Positions 37,289-50,977 of a DNA stretch of 64,000 nt are shown piece after piece. The notes beneath the pieces are model-generated. The model had not been told where the DNA came from, ran no database searches, and saw only the letters and a list, made by a program, of their open reading frames with translations. Made by a program: the position numbers and the translations under genes. Within the stretch, counting starts at the first letter, position 1. Each line of letters opens with the position of its first letter. The stretch comes from Octopus sinensis. Taxonomy: Eukaryota. The stretch lies in the NCBI RefSeq assembly GCF_006345805.1, contig NC_043000.1, forward strand, positions 5,022,001-5,086,000. Reading direction: 5' to 3'.

Positions 37289-38940
37289 GGCGCAGGAGTG
37301 GCTGTGTGGTAAGTAGCTTGATTACCAACCACATGGTTCCGGGTTCAGTCCCACTGCATGGCATCTTGGGCAAGTGTCTTCTGCTATAACCTCGGGCCGA
37401 CCAAAGCCTTGTGAGTGGATTAGGTAGACGTAAACTGAAAGAAGCCTGTCGTATATATGTATATATATATGTGTGTGTGCATGTTTGTGTGTCTGTGTTT
37501 GTCCCCCTAGCATTGCTTGACAACCGATGCTGGTGTGTTTACGTCGCCGTCATTTAGCGGTTCGGCAAAAGAGACCGATAAAATAAGTACTAAACTTACA
37601 AAGAGTAAGTCCCGGGGTCGATTTGCTCGACTAAAGGCGGTGCTCCAGCATGGCCACAGTCAAATGACTGAAACAAGTAAAAGAGTAAAGAGTATAAAAT
37701 AAAGTATTGTATTTCATGGCAGTAATTTTGTTTTTTCCTTTACCAAATAAACACATACAGTATTTAGTCCTTCTTCACTCATTTATTAGTGTTCTTATTT
37801 CAACTCATGTCCATTGTCTGGAAATCTTGAGAGTGGATTTGGGAGAAGGAAACTGAAAGAAGCCTGTCGTATGTAAATATATGTATATATATATATGTAA
37901 ATATATATGTGAGTGTGTCTTTGTGTCTGTGTTTGTCCCTACATCACTGCTTGACAACCAGTGTTGGTTTGTGTATGTCCCTATAACTTAGCGATTCAGC
38001 GAAAGTGACTGATAAAATAAGTACCAGACTTAAAAAGTAAATCCTGGGGTCAAATTGTTTGACAAAAAAAAAACACTTCAATGTGGTACTCCAACATGGC
38101 CACAGTCAAATGACTAAAATAAAAGAATAAAAGAATATATAGGAGTGGCTGTGTGGTAAGTAGCTTGCTAACCAACCACACGGTTGCGGGTTCAGTCCCA
38201 CTGCGTGGCATCTTGGGCAAGTGTCTTCTGCTATAGCCCCGGGCCGACCAATGCCTTGTGAGTGAATTTGGTAGACGGAAACTGAAAGAAGCCTGTCATA
38301 TATATGTATATATATGTATATGTGTGTGTGTTTGTGTGTCTGTGTTTGTCCCCCTAGCATTGCTTGACAACCGATGCTGGTGTGTTTAGGTCCCCGTCAC
38401 TTAGCGGTTCGGCAAAAAGAGACCGATAGAATAAGTACTAAAAGGTGGTGCTCCAGCATGGCCGCAGTCAAATGACTGAAACAAGTAAAAGAGTAAAAGA
38501 GTAAAGAGTATATATATATATATATATATGAGTGGCTGTGTGGTAAGTAGCTTGCTTACCAACCACATGGTTCCGGGTTCAGTCCCACTGCGTGGCATCT
38601 TGGGCAAGTGTTTTCTGCTATAGCCCCGGGCCGACCAATGCCTTGTGAGTGGATTTGGTAGACGGAAACTGAAAGAAGCCTGTTGTATATATATATATAT
38701 ATATATAAGTGAGTGTGTATATGTTTGTGTGTCTGTGTCTGTGTCCCCCTAGCATTGCTTGACAACAGATGCTGGTGTGTTTACGTCCCCGTCACTTAGC
38801 AGTTCGACAAAAAGAGACCGATAGAATAAGTACTGGGCTTACAAAAAGAATAAGTCCCGGGGTCGAGTTGCTCGACTAAGGGCGGTGCTCCAGCATGGCC
38901 GCAGTCAAATGACTGAAACAAGTAAAAGAGTAAAAGAGTA
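37289..38940 (+). mobile_element. Cluster of four co-oriented SINE A copies
   Basis: About 37289-37694, 37828-38136, 38141-38510 and 38530-38940. Confidence 0.9.
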
Positions 38941-38956
38941 TATATATACATATATA

Positions 38957-38992
<36 letters not shown>

Positions 38993-39526
38993 CCTATCTA
39001 TCTATGTATCTATGTATGTATGTATCATCTATCTATATATATATATATCTGTCTGTCTATCAACTTCTGTCTCATCTTCTACCCTTTTCCACATCTCTAA
39101 CTTGCTCTCCCTTTCACTCTCTCACCCTCTCATTCTCTCTCTCTCCTCATCCTCATTCTCATTCTCAATTTTTTTTCTTTTCAAACAGAAAAAAACACCC
39201 TTTCAGTCATACCCATATCGCCTATTAATGTACCTACGCTTCTTTTACATCATCTCATTAACATCATTCCCTCCCACACTTCCTCTCGTATCTTTATTAA
39301 TCAGTTCTGATGCTATTGTCACCCAAGACATTCTTCATTATTCCTTTGTGATTTGACTCCTAAGCTTCAAGGATGCTAAAAAGCTGATGCCGTTCATTCG
39401 TAATCCAGTTTAAAAAATCACAATCGTTTCAAGTACTCAACAATTGTGTGTTGAATGATATCAAAGTTGCCATTGATTTTTCTGCCCTTTCTTTCTTTCT
39501 TCTTCATCTATTTTGTTTTGTAACAG

Positions 39527-39596
39527 GTATTTGCCCTTGTCAACCCACTGAATAGGACAATTTATATTATTGATCCTGGTTATGCTGTGGAAAGAT
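39527..39596 (+). CDS. Candidate 70 bp internal exon (VFALVNPLNRTIYIIDPGYAVER), gene unidentified
   Basis: Long polypyrimidine tract plus TAACAG acceptor, GTGAGT donor, only one frame open, unique sequence. Confidence 0.45.
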
Positions 39597-39995
39597 GTGA
39601 GTACAAACGGTTGAAACGAAGATAGTCTTCAAAGAAAAATATAGTTTTCTTGAACTCTGGGTTTATATTTTAGAAAGGTTTTTGTCAATAGGTCTATGCA
39701 CAATAAAATATCAAGTTCATTTTTTTTTCCCCTCTCTTTTATCACAATCTAGTTCTTCTAAAATTACATTATAACGGAAAAAAAATAAAGAAAAAACAAA
39801 AAATGTGTTAAAAATAAATAAATATATACATAAATAAATAAATGAATAAATGAATAAATATAATGCTCTATCACCCAATACTTTGAAATTTAGAAAAACA
39901 GCAAGCTCTTGTACAATAGCCCTGGGTTGACAAAAGTCATGTGAGTGGATTTGGTAGACAGAAACTGAAAGAATCCTGTTATATATATATATATG

Positions 39996-40317
39996 TGCCG
40001 GTGGCACGTAAAAAGCACCATCCGTTCGTGTCCGTTGCCAGCCTCGCCTGGCCCTCGTGACGGTGGCACATAAAAAGCACCATCCGTTCATGGCCGTTTG
40101 CCAGCTCTGTCTGGCACCTGTGCGGGTGGCACGTAAAAATGCACCCACTACACTCACGGAGTGGTTGGCGTTAGGAAGGGCATCCAGCCGTAGAAACACT
40201 GCCAGATTTGACTGGGCCTGATGAAGCCTTCTGGCTTCACAGACCCCAGTAGAACCGTCCAACCCATGCTAGCATGGAAAACGGACGCTAAACGATGATG
40301 ATGATGATGATGATGAT
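39996..40317 (+). mobile_element. Family G retroposon, young subfamily
   Basis: CpG-rich; near-identical to 50978-51170. Confidence 0.88.
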
Positions 40318-40321
40318 AACA

Positions 40322-40683
40322 GTTCCAGGTTCGGTCTCACTGTGTAGCGTTTTGGGTGTCTTGTATTATAGCCTCGGGCCAACAAAGCCTTGTGAGTGGA
40401 TATGGCAGATGGAAACTGAAAGAGGCCCACTGTATATATATGTGTATGTATGAGTGCGTGTCTTTATGTCTGTGTTTGTTCCCCCCACCCCGTTTGACAA
40501 CCAGTGTTGGTGTGTTTATATCCCCGTAACTTAGTGATTCAGCAAGAGAGATCAATAGGATAAGTACCAGAGAATAAGTACCAAAAGAAAGAAAAGTACT
40601 GGGGTTCAATTCATTCGACTAAAAATTCTTCAAGGCAATGCTCCAGCATGGCTGCAGTCTAATGACTGAAACAAGTAAAAGAT
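40322..40683 (+). mobile_element. SINE family A, 5'-truncated
   Basis: Homology. Confidence 0.85.
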
Positions 40684-40784
40684 AGTACTTATTCAGGGAT
40701 GTTAACAAACCAACACCGGTTATCAAGCAGTGTGCTCAGACGACAAATCCAAACATAGCAACACAGACACACATAATTATATAT

Positions 40785-41089
40785 CACGTGATCACGTGAC
40801 CGACCAGACCATCAGATGTTACACATCGCTGGTCACAATGCGTTCGCATTGTTTTAGCCTTTGAATGACGCCACCCCGCTGGCTAAGCGAGCAGGCCAAC
40901 AGAAGAAAGAGTGGGAGAAAGAGTGGTGAAAGAGTACAGCAGGGATCACCACCATCCCCTGCCGGAGCCTCGTGGAGCTTTTAGGTGTTTTCGCTCAATA
41001 AACACACACAACGCCCGGTCTGGGAATCGAAACCGCGATCCTCCGACCGCAAGTGCGCTGCCCTAACCACTGGGCCATTGCGCCTCCAC
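40785..41089 (-). mobile_element. SINE with C head + D (RTE-like) tail
   Basis: 5' part matches family C; 3' part ends CTGGTCGGTCACGTGATCACGTGAT. Confidence 0.88.
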
Positions 41090-41684
41090 ATAATTATATA
41101 TATGGATATAAAAAGCAGGCTTCCACACAGTTTCCACCTTCAAAATTCATTCACAAGGTATTGGTCAGCTCAGGGCTATACCAAAAAATTCTTGCCCAAA
41201 GTGCCATGTAGCAAGACAGAGCCCGAAGCCATGAGATTGCAAAGTGATTCTCTTCACCACACAGCCATACAAAATCAATATATTAGTATTACTACTGCCT
41301 CAAATTTTCAGTGAGTTTCACATTTCATTCCAATGTACTATTTAATTTCTGACTATTTTCACTTTATCACAATTCTTTCCCCCAAAATCTATCTGCTGGA
41401 CTTTTATAGATCTTTTATAGTTCAAATTGTCTTACATTATGTTGTTATCAACACATCACATTTCTCATATGTCAGTTTCATTTACGAAACAGGATTTCTG
41501 TAATGCGCTATTTACAGAAATATTCAAATGTAATAATGACAATGGCTCAGTATAGCTGTGAGGTGTAGATGCTACTAGATGGTGCCAAATAGCACAAAGT
41601 TAGCAGCTGAGCTGTGGTTTTGGTGCCGTATGATGTGGAAGCCATGAACAGATTGGCCAGATTAGCATTTATATGTCATAGCTT

Positions 41685-41906
41685 CCCTTTAGTGTTCAGA
41701 TTATTCAATCAAACATAACGCCTATTGATTCCCATTGATTTGAATTAATCATGCATTATCTCATATCTTCAAGATCTTGATGGTGTAATTACTTAATGTA
41801 GAATAACATTGTAGGGTAGGTGTGAGAGCCTGGATCTGGTCAGTTTGAACATAAAACAGATTAAATATTTTGGCCGGATATGGCCGGTTTAAATACTAAA
41901 AGGTTA
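41685..41906. mobile_element. piggyBac-type MITE
   Basis: CCCTTTAG start, CTAAAAGGTTAA end. Confidence 0.7.
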
Positions 41907-42892
41907 AGTAGGCCACCCTCCAATCTTGCTGTGCCAAGTGGATGAACTTTTGACACCAGGAATTGACAGTCTTGAGAGTAGCATTATGCAGAATACACTG
42001 TCTTGAGGTAAGTGTAATTCTTGCAGCAGGCTGATGATGTGAGCCAGTGAATGAACAACCAGTTTAAAAGGCATTGACTGAGAACTGTCCCAAAACTGAT
42101 GACTGAGGCAGTTTCTTGTGAAAGAAGTCATGAGGTGGGAAGAGGGGTGTATTTCAACTTGAAAGGGCAAAGAGAGAAAGAAAAAGGGAAAGAAAGAGAG
42201 AAAGAAAGAGAGTGAGAGAAAGAAGAAGAAGGAGGAGGAGGAGGAGGTGGAGAAGACCACTACCACCACTACCACCATCACCACCAAAAACAACAGCAGC
42301 AGCAACAACATCAAGGATTTGTTTAAAACCGATTTTGAAATGACAGCTAATGTTTGCACAAAGATTATGCAAATTTCATAATTTAAAAAATTTTTAATAT
42401 TTTTTTTGTTTTTGTTTTGTAAATATATTTTCTGCCAGAAAACAAGCTCTGTTTCAAGTTGAAAAAAAAAAACCCAACAAAAAACTAAAAAAAAAAAAAA
42501 AAAGCAAAAAAACCCCAAAATTAATTGTTTTTTCAGAGAATTAGAAAAAAAAATCCTTGTTTCCTACAGCCCACACGATTCATAAACAAGCACCACACCA
42601 GAAATATTCCATTCGTTAATAGTTTATATGATAAATTGTAACAAACACTTCCAGATCATGAAAATGAAATGATGAATACAAAGAGGAAGTGATAACTATT
42701 AGAGCAATTTTCAAATAACGGTTATCGAATAGTTCGTTATACTTCGTTACCACCCAAACACACTCCATCATTACTCTTTTAGACATTTCTAACTTTCATC
42801 GGAGTTTGCTGTTCTTTTCATCCCTTCTCCACCTCCCTCCCAGCTTTTCTTTATTTTTGCCTTCCCTCTCAGTATTAGAGGGAGTATTGGCT

Positions 42893-43125
42893 AATACATA
42901 TACACATGATACATACATATACATACATACATACATACACACATACATATTTATATATATAACATACATATGTATACATGCATACTTATATATATCTATA
43001 TATATATATACATACACATATATATATATGATATTTATATATATATATATATGATCATATATGTATATATATGTATACATATACACATATATATGTATAT
43101 ATATGTTTGTGTATATATATGCATG

Positions 43126-43162
<37 letters not shown>

Positions 43163-43332
43163 GTGTGTGTGTGAATGTATGTATGTATGTATGTATGTAT
43201 GTATGTATGTATGTATGTATGTATTATGTGTGTATGTATATCCAATACTTACTGTAATACTGTGTATATAATATATATTATTATTATTGTTATTATTATT
43301 ATTATTATTATTTTTATTTATATATATATAAT
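42893..43332. repeat. (TA)/(TATG)/(TTA) microsatellite field
   Basis: Direct reading. Confidence 0.95.
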
Positions 43333-43534
43333 ATAACAATAAGAGAACAGGATAATGTGTTGTAATATAATTTTTTTTAAAATGGTATGTGAATGTGCAT
43401 ATATGGGTGTATATGTGCATCTGTGTATATTTGTAGACACTATAACATACATGCACTACAATGTGAATTTATGTAAATTTTACAAGTCATACATAGAATG
43501 CACATATACATATATATACATGTGTATGTGTGTG

Positions 43535-43576
<42 letters not shown>

Positions 43577-44050
43577 TATATATGTGTCTGTGTGTGTGTA
43601 TACAGAGAGAGAGAGATAATAAATTGTTTTTAATAGTGAACCTGATGTAGATAAAGCAGTAAATAAAAGCATGTAGGATATTAAGTTAAAAAATCCCTTT
43701 TAATGGAAAAAAACGTCTCTCAAAGTTTCTGAATATATATATATATATAATAATAGTAGATTAGTAGATACAAAACCAATGTTAACTTTCTGGATGATGG
43801 TTATATACTGTAATCAGGAATACACTACTTAACAGAATAAATGTAGATATATAGGTCTGTGTGTGTGAGTAAAGCAATGAGGTGGCATCTATATGGTTGT
43901 TGGATCCACTGCCGCAATCAGCAACCAAGTTTATTTCAAACTATATCCATCCCTACATATATACCATACATTGTTAATAAACCTGCTTGCATAACATATA
44001 TAACCTACTTCAGGTAATGTTATGCAATATATGTTATACAAATCATGCAC

Positions 44051-44082
<32 letters not shown>

Positions 44083-44288
44083 CATACTGGATAATGTATG
44101 TTAATATGTAAGTTCTCAAAAATACATTGTATCTTTCAGGTGGTTGTCTTGTGTGAATTGTGTTTACAAATGAAAGGGCTCTTGGTAGCAATAGAGAATA
44201 GTTTCTATCAGATGTTGGGCATCATGGCTTTTACTTGTTTGAAACACTACAACCTTTTAATGGCTTATGGTATTTTGTAGTGCCTAGG

Positions 44289-44319
<31 letters not shown>

Positions 44320-45829
44320 CCTTCATCATTATCATGATTATTTTACCATGCTAGTATGGGTTAGAGAGGTCTGACATCTTGCCAATTTCCATGGAGCTTT
44401 GCTTCTCCTGGCACTACAGCAGAAAAAAAAAATACCAGCCAACTCTTCTGCAGTGTATGCCAGTATTTTGGCATGGTTTCCATAGCTAGATACGCCTCCT
44501 ATTATTTATTCATCAACCACTTAACAGTTCAGATTGGTTGCATTTTATTATGCCACCAGCACCAGTAAGGTTGTCCAGGACAAGACTAAAAAGTCCTCTT
44601 CACCTTACATTGCCTCTGTTTGTTCTTTGCCTTTTGACATAGATCTTACAACTAGATGCCTGTCTTAACACAAACTTCTTTTTGGCTTGGACTGGATATA
44701 TTATATATATATATATATACTATCTTCAACAAATAATTGTCTGATGGATATGAAACATTTTGACATAATCGTTTTGACCCTGCTTATTTAGTGTAACTGA
44801 TTTGATGCTGGTGCATTTGTACTAGTAATCTTTCAGTACTGCGAAACTTCTGTTTTCATTCTAGTTGGCAACTAATTTTTATTCACAACTACAAAACTTC
44901 CCAACAATTAAACTTCGTTCAACTTTCTGCTTCACTCTGTGTATATAATCACTGGTGAAATATAAACGCAATGTGGAGAAGAAAAATATTCTCACAACGG
45001 ACTTCTGTATATCTTTAACAAACAAGAATTAACTGAATACTATAAGTTTTGGTGTTGTAAGTAGAAAAGCAGAGAACTCAGAGAGAGAGAGGTGGGGAGA
45101 GAAAGAGAGACAGAAAGGGGTAAACATTAAAATTTATTGCTTACAATGCCAAAATGTACTGTCGCCAAATTTAGTTGAATGTCAAGTCAGCCATGCCAAA
45201 TCACTAGATTCCAAACAGCCACACCCAATCGTCTCTCCAGTTATCTTACATAACACCATGAGTAGTTGTTATATTCAAAAACGCAGCCAATCAATGAAAT
45301 ATTCAGTAGATGCAAATGTTTCACGAAGCCAAAGAGATTCTTGAATGCTAAGATATGGTGCTTTTTATAGAGCTAAGTAGATGAGATTTAAATCTACACC
45401 TGGACTGCGAGTTGGTCTATTAACAGAAAGATTTCTAGATATATAATATTTCTATATATATGTAATGAGTTATCCAAAATTCTGACTATCTCCTTTTTGT
45501 TAATGTGTGTGTGTGTGTGTTTGTGTGTATCTGTACATAGTTATGTTGTATTTCGTTAAGAATATGTTAGAGTACAGTATAGAGCTTGTCCACCTTTAGG
45601 ATAACCCAGTAGAATAAGTAGTATTATTATATACTCCAAACCCTAAAATTGGGAAAAACTTGGAGAACTATGTCATGTTGAAATAAATGCAGCAAATAAT
45701 AAACAAATGTCCAACTATACTCCCTCTTCCTGACTCCAATTTTTCTTCAGTTATATCTGTGTATATATATATATATATATATATACAAATATACATATAT
45801 ATGGATATATATATATGATTATCTCTATA

Positions 45830-45873
<44 letters not shown>

Positions 45874-45882
45874 TAGATAGAT

Positions 45883-46100
45883 AATAAAGTTAATCCAAAC
45901 AAGAAAGCACAAAAAAAACACAACAACGCGAGGACGTGGAACAAATATAGTATTATTGGATGCTCAGGAAAGAAGGAAAGAAGGAGGGTTTAAAGTTTCG
46001 AGCAGAGCTCTTCGTCGGAAACATAAGAGAAGGAAAGATCCAGAGAAGGGAAGACAGAGGAAAAAAAATCGCTAACGGTACACACGAGGTCACATTTTGA
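45883..46100 (-). mobile_element. Penelope-like terminal fragment with hammerhead-like motif
   Basis: Minus strand GTTT-CCGACGA-A-GAGC-TCT-GCTC-GAAAC-TTT-AAAC (45988-46022), adjacent to (TA)n. Confidence 0.65.
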
Positions 46101-46337
46101 AAGACTGGAAGGAAAAGGGTGAAGAAAGATGTTTTCAAAGACAGAAGAGTAGTATTGTCAAAGACAGCAGAATGGTAGGAGGGGGAATGTGTGTGTAAGT
46201 GTGGATATGTGCATGCACGGAGGTCTGCATGTGTGTGTGTGTGTGTGTACGTGCGTGCGAGTGAATGTATGCATACATGTGCGTGTGTGTACAAATGTAG
46301 ATGCATATATATATATGTATATATATATACATACATA

Positions 46338-46375
<38 letters not shown>

Positions 46376-46442
46376 ATGTATATATATATACATACATATA
46401 TATATATACATATATATATATACATATATATATATACATATA

Positions 46443-46478
<36 letters not shown>

Positions 46479-46496
46479 TGTATATATTTACATATA

Positions 46497-46905
46497 TAGT
46501 CTGATCAATAAATATCCAGCCTGTTGCCATAGTAACAAAGCTAAAGCATGCAGAGTGAAGCTGCTGGGTACAGATTGTGCACTAAGTTTCATCCTTCTAG
46601 CTCACTTTCACTGTTTACAGTAGTGCTTGGAAGGAAGGTGTGTAGCGTGTGATCATCGCATTGACCACAACAGAGAAAGTTGAGCAGGGAAACTGCATCA
46701 ATTTTTACCAAAAGCTTGGCAATACCTGCTCAGAGGCCTACGAAAAGTTTTCAAAGAGTTTTCATTGTTTTCGATACAATCATAGAGATCTTGTGCAGCT
46801 GAAACCTGAGTGTCTTTTTGGTCAACCTAAAGCAGTTTTGGCACAAACTTAGTAGACACACATCTCATACCCAAATTTTCAGTGATAAGGACTGAACTGA
46901 ACCGT
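46497..46905. mobile_element. mariner-derived remnant with transposase fragments on both strands
   Basis: Plus: EQGNCINFYQKLGNTCSEAYEKF (N-terminal HTH); minus: GSVQSLITENLGMR...KFVPKLL*VDQK. Confidence 0.75.
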
Positions 46906-47396
46906 AACCGGTCAGGCAGCACTGGCATTGACCATGCTCAAATGGTGCTTTTTACATACCACCGGCATGGGAGTCAGTCAGGTGATACTGGCATCGGTCA
47001 TACTCAAATGGTGCTTTTCACGTGCCACTGACATATATATATATATATATATATATATAAAGATTGCAGCATGAGAGACATATATTTGCCATTCAAAAGC
47101 ACCACAAAGATTTCTTAATTTCACTTTAACTTTTATTATTTGTTATTTGGTGTCAAAATGTCCATCACATGAACTGCGACCTGGTCACTGACGGTGTTTG
47201 TGTGTTTCTGTATGGCTAAAATGTGTTTTCCACACTGTAATCATCTTAGTTTCAGCACAGGGCCCAAGATCAAATCATTTGCCTGGCAAGAACACACTTC
47301 AAAAAAAAAAAAATATATATATATACATATATGGTGGTGCCCCAGCATGGCCACAGCTCATGAGCTGAAACTAGAATCAATCAATCATATATACCA

Positions 47397-47806
47397 CACA
47401 GGCGTGGCTGTGTGGTAAGTAGCTTGTTTACCAACCACATGGTTCCGGGTTCAGTCCCACTGCGTGGCACCTTGGGCATGTGTCTTCTACTAGAGCCTCG
47501 GGCCGACCAAAGCCTTGTGAGTGGATTTGGTAGACGGAAACTGAAAGAAGCCTGTCGTATATATGTATATATATGTACGTGTGTCTGTTTGTGTGTCTGT
47601 GTTTGTCCCCCTAGCATTGCTTGACAGCTGATGTTGGTGTGTTTATGTCCCCGTTACTTAGCGGTTCGGCAAAAGAGACCGATAGAATAAGTACTGGGCT
47701 TACAAAAGAATAAGTCCTGGGTCGAGTTGCTCGATTAAAGGCGGTGCTCCAGCATGGCCGCAGTCAAATGACTGAAACAACTAAAAGAGTAAAGAGTAAA
47801 AGAGTA
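47397..47806 (+). mobile_element. SINE family A, full length
   Basis: Homology. Confidence 0.92.
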
Positions 47807-48162
47807 TACATCAATAACCAGTGAATATGTGTAGTGTATACCAATAGAATAAACTAGATGGATAGACCAACTAATATTGGTGGATTTCTGTTACAGCTGT
47901 TACCTGGTGTTGTTAGGTCTTTAGACATTGACACAGTTTAATCATCTTCTGGGACAATAAGAGCATAAATCAACAGATGTTACCTAAATTGTATAGTGAT
48001 TAAAACATCAGACAAAAGGCTAAATATAGCACAAATACAAAATGAGAGAGAGAAAAGGAAAAACAGGGAATGGATAGAAAAAAATTTGAATAATTACAGT
48101 TACAAACTAATTTTCTTTTTATGTATAAGCAACAAGCAATCTATTGCCAGGACCATATCTGA

Positions 48163-48501
48163 GGGAAGGCACATGGATCTGTGGTTAGGGTGCCAGGCTC
48201 ACAATCACGAGTTAGTGAGTTCAGTTCTGAGACCGGGTTATGTATTGTGTTCTTGAGCAAGACACTTTATTTCACATAGTTCCAGTTCACTCAGCTGTAG
48301 AAATGAGTTGCAGTATCACTGGTGCCAAGTTGTATTGGCTTTTGCTTTCCCTTGAATAACATTGTTGGTGTGGAGAGAGGGTGGGGGGGGGCTTGTATGC
48401 ATGGGTGACTTCCATAAACAACTTTGCTTGGACTTGTGCCTCAGAGGGTAACTTTTTAGGTGCAATCCCATGGTCATTCATGACTGAAGGTGGTCTTTAC
48501 T
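48163..48501 (+). mobile_element. SINE family B, diverged
   Basis: Homology to 1316-1651. Confidence 0.88.
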
Positions 48502-48504
48502 CTA

Positions 48505-48650
48505 ATCAACTGCCAAGCAAATGGGAAGCAGTAATTGAAGAAGATGGTGGATATGCTCTGGAAGAATCATTTAAAGATGTTTTTGTTACATGTTTCTGTT
48601 GAATAAAATTTGTTGAAAAAAAGCCGCAATAATTATGGACCCACCCAATA
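48505..48650 (+). mobile_element. mariner 3' end
   Basis: QLPSKWEAVIEEDGGY resembles the mariner C-terminus; TIR-like TAATTATGGACCCACCCAA then TA. Confidence 0.65.
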
Positions 48651-48710
48651 CACACACACACACATATATATACATATATATATACACTTACACACACACA
48701 CAAACACACA

Positions 48711-48747
<37 letters not shown>

Positions 48748-48929
48748 GAATATAAATAAGTGTTAGCATGAAATAGTAGTGGGAAAATAGATGAACCTTA
48801 GGTTTGCTCAAATATGCTTGTGGTATATTTTTACTACTAATCTGCAGTGAATTTGCCCTTAGAAGTTAAAATATTTCGCTAACATGTTTGAACTAACTTA
48901 AAGTTTGTTTTTATATATATATCACGTGT

Positions 48930-48967
<38 letters not shown>

Positions 48968-48968
<1 letters not shown>

Positions 48969-49174
48969 CACATGATAACATGACTGACCAGACCATCAGA
49001 TGTTGCAACACATCGCTGGTCACAATGCGTTTGCATTGTTTTAGCCTTCGAATGACGCCACCCCGCTGGCTAAGCGAGCAGGCCAACAGAAGAAAGAGTG
49101 AGAGAAAGAGTGGTGAAACCGCGATCCTACGACCGCGAGTCCACTGCCCTAACCACTGGGCCATTGCGCCTCCA
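48968..49174 (-). mobile_element. C head + D tail SINE with internal deletion
   Basis: Matches 40785-41089 but lacks about 100 bp in the middle. Confidence 0.85.
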
Positions 49175-49600
49175 TATATATAATTCAGACTCACATAAAC
49201 AAATGTGAAATAAGTAAGACATGATCAAAATGATGAAAAGCAGAGGAGTGATAGTTTATGACACCCAAAGAATAAGAAGTGGTAAGTCAGTATCGAAAAA
49301 TGCCGGAAATCTAAAAGTGAAAACTGCTAGCATTGAAAATCCTAGAAGCTACTTGAAAATGGGGGAAAAAAATAGGTATATAAAATAAAAAGAAAATGCA
49401 GTATATTTTGTTGAAGTCGATTCCCAGTCACTTATAAACCAACCAATCACTGAGTAGAATTTGGTAGAAATTTTGAATTACTAGAACATATTTCAATAAC
49501 TGCTGATTTGGGGTAATTGATGATTCCTCTTGCAACACTTGAATTCTTAGTATACTCTTAAATGTCAAACTGTTTTGCCAAGATATTCTCTAATCTTAGA

Positions 49601-49637
<37 letters not shown>

Positions 49638-49638
49638 G

Positions 49639-49712
<74 letters not shown>

Positions 49713-49713
49713 G

Positions 49714-49769
<56 letters not shown>

Positions 49770-49774
49770 TAATA
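49601..49774. repeat. (AAT)n with duplicated AGT-AAT-GAT interruptions
   Basis: Direct reading. Confidence 0.95.
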
Positions 49775-49775
49775 A

Positions 49776-50307
49776 GCAGTAGCTCCCATGGCTTCTGATC
49801 TTAACTGATCAGTGTTATCATGTTATCATGTACATGTTTTGTCTTAGTATAAAAGATGGACTACAACAAATATTCTGCTCAATGCCACAGATTTGCCTGT
49901 CAGTTGTTTGACCGTAACCAGTTGAGCATATCCCTTGATGGTTGACAGTATGTGCAGCTCTGATCATGAGCAGAAGTAGTAGGGGAGCATCATAGCTATG
50001 TGTTGAAAGGAATTCTTTGGGGTTTGGATAATTCACCTGTGGAAACAGGGGCGTTTCGTTCAACATTATTAAACAACCCTTATTCATTCAGGAACCTTTT
50101 GAGCAGGATGGGCTACTTAACCCAAAGAGAATTCTAACTGGGCCCTACCTGCAAGGTCATGTGCTGTTTATCTTGATATGAGATCACCATGCCATGAATA
50201 TATGGTTGTGATGTATCCTTATCAGATTGGTAGTCATGATGGGTATATCAAGTTATGTATATTTGTACCCTAGCGTCATTTTGATGGCATGCACTACTCT
50301 CCTACAC

Positions 50308-50310
<3 letters not shown>
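49776..50310. mobile_element. ~550 bp (TAA)n-embedded element, copy 3 (left end short by about 20 bp)
   Basis: Colinear with copies 1 and 2. Confidence 0.85.
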
Positions 50311-50362
<52 letters not shown>

Positions 50363-50977
50363 GTAATAATAATAATGATAATGATAATATGCATGTGTAT
50401 ATGTGTGTACATTTGTATGCATATATAACTGTAAAATCAAGTCATTAGAGGTTACAGCTAAATGGAATTTCATAGATCCAATAAAGATAATCTTCTCAGG
50501 AACAGAGCCAAAATCTAAACTCCAGTACATAAAAGAGTGAGAGTGTTTCCTTGAATGCCGACAGGTGACAAATTAAATGTTTTCAGTAGAAGCTTGGTGA
50601 TTTAATAAATGAATTCTGTATTGGTTATCAAATAGAATTCAATATATATTAAAAACAAAAGATTACATCAATAAAAAATAATCATAAGAAAAATAACTAA
50701 AAAACTGGAATACAAAATATGAAAAAAAAAATAATGAACAGAACCCTTCCTTTCTTGATAATGATTAGCTTAATTGCTTTATAAAATCCTTTACTTAGCT
50801 GAAATGTTTGGAGACATTTGGCACAACATGAGAAAATTAAATGGAATTTTCTTTCATATACCTATAAGTAATCCTCTCTGAAATTATCTACGTAAATAAA
50901 TATAGATGTGTTTCAATGATTATAGTGAAAAACTAAATGAGAGTACTTCGTGATAAATATATTTGTAATTGCAGATA

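Noticed and set aside
40215-40245. CTGATGA followed by a small hairpin in family G (also near 51075)
   Set aside because: No GAAA after the stem, and other copies read CTGGTGCAG; not a hammerhead
45280-45320. CCAAT box plus octamer ATGCAAAT
   Set aside because: Short motifs expected by chance in 64 kb; no other promoter evidence
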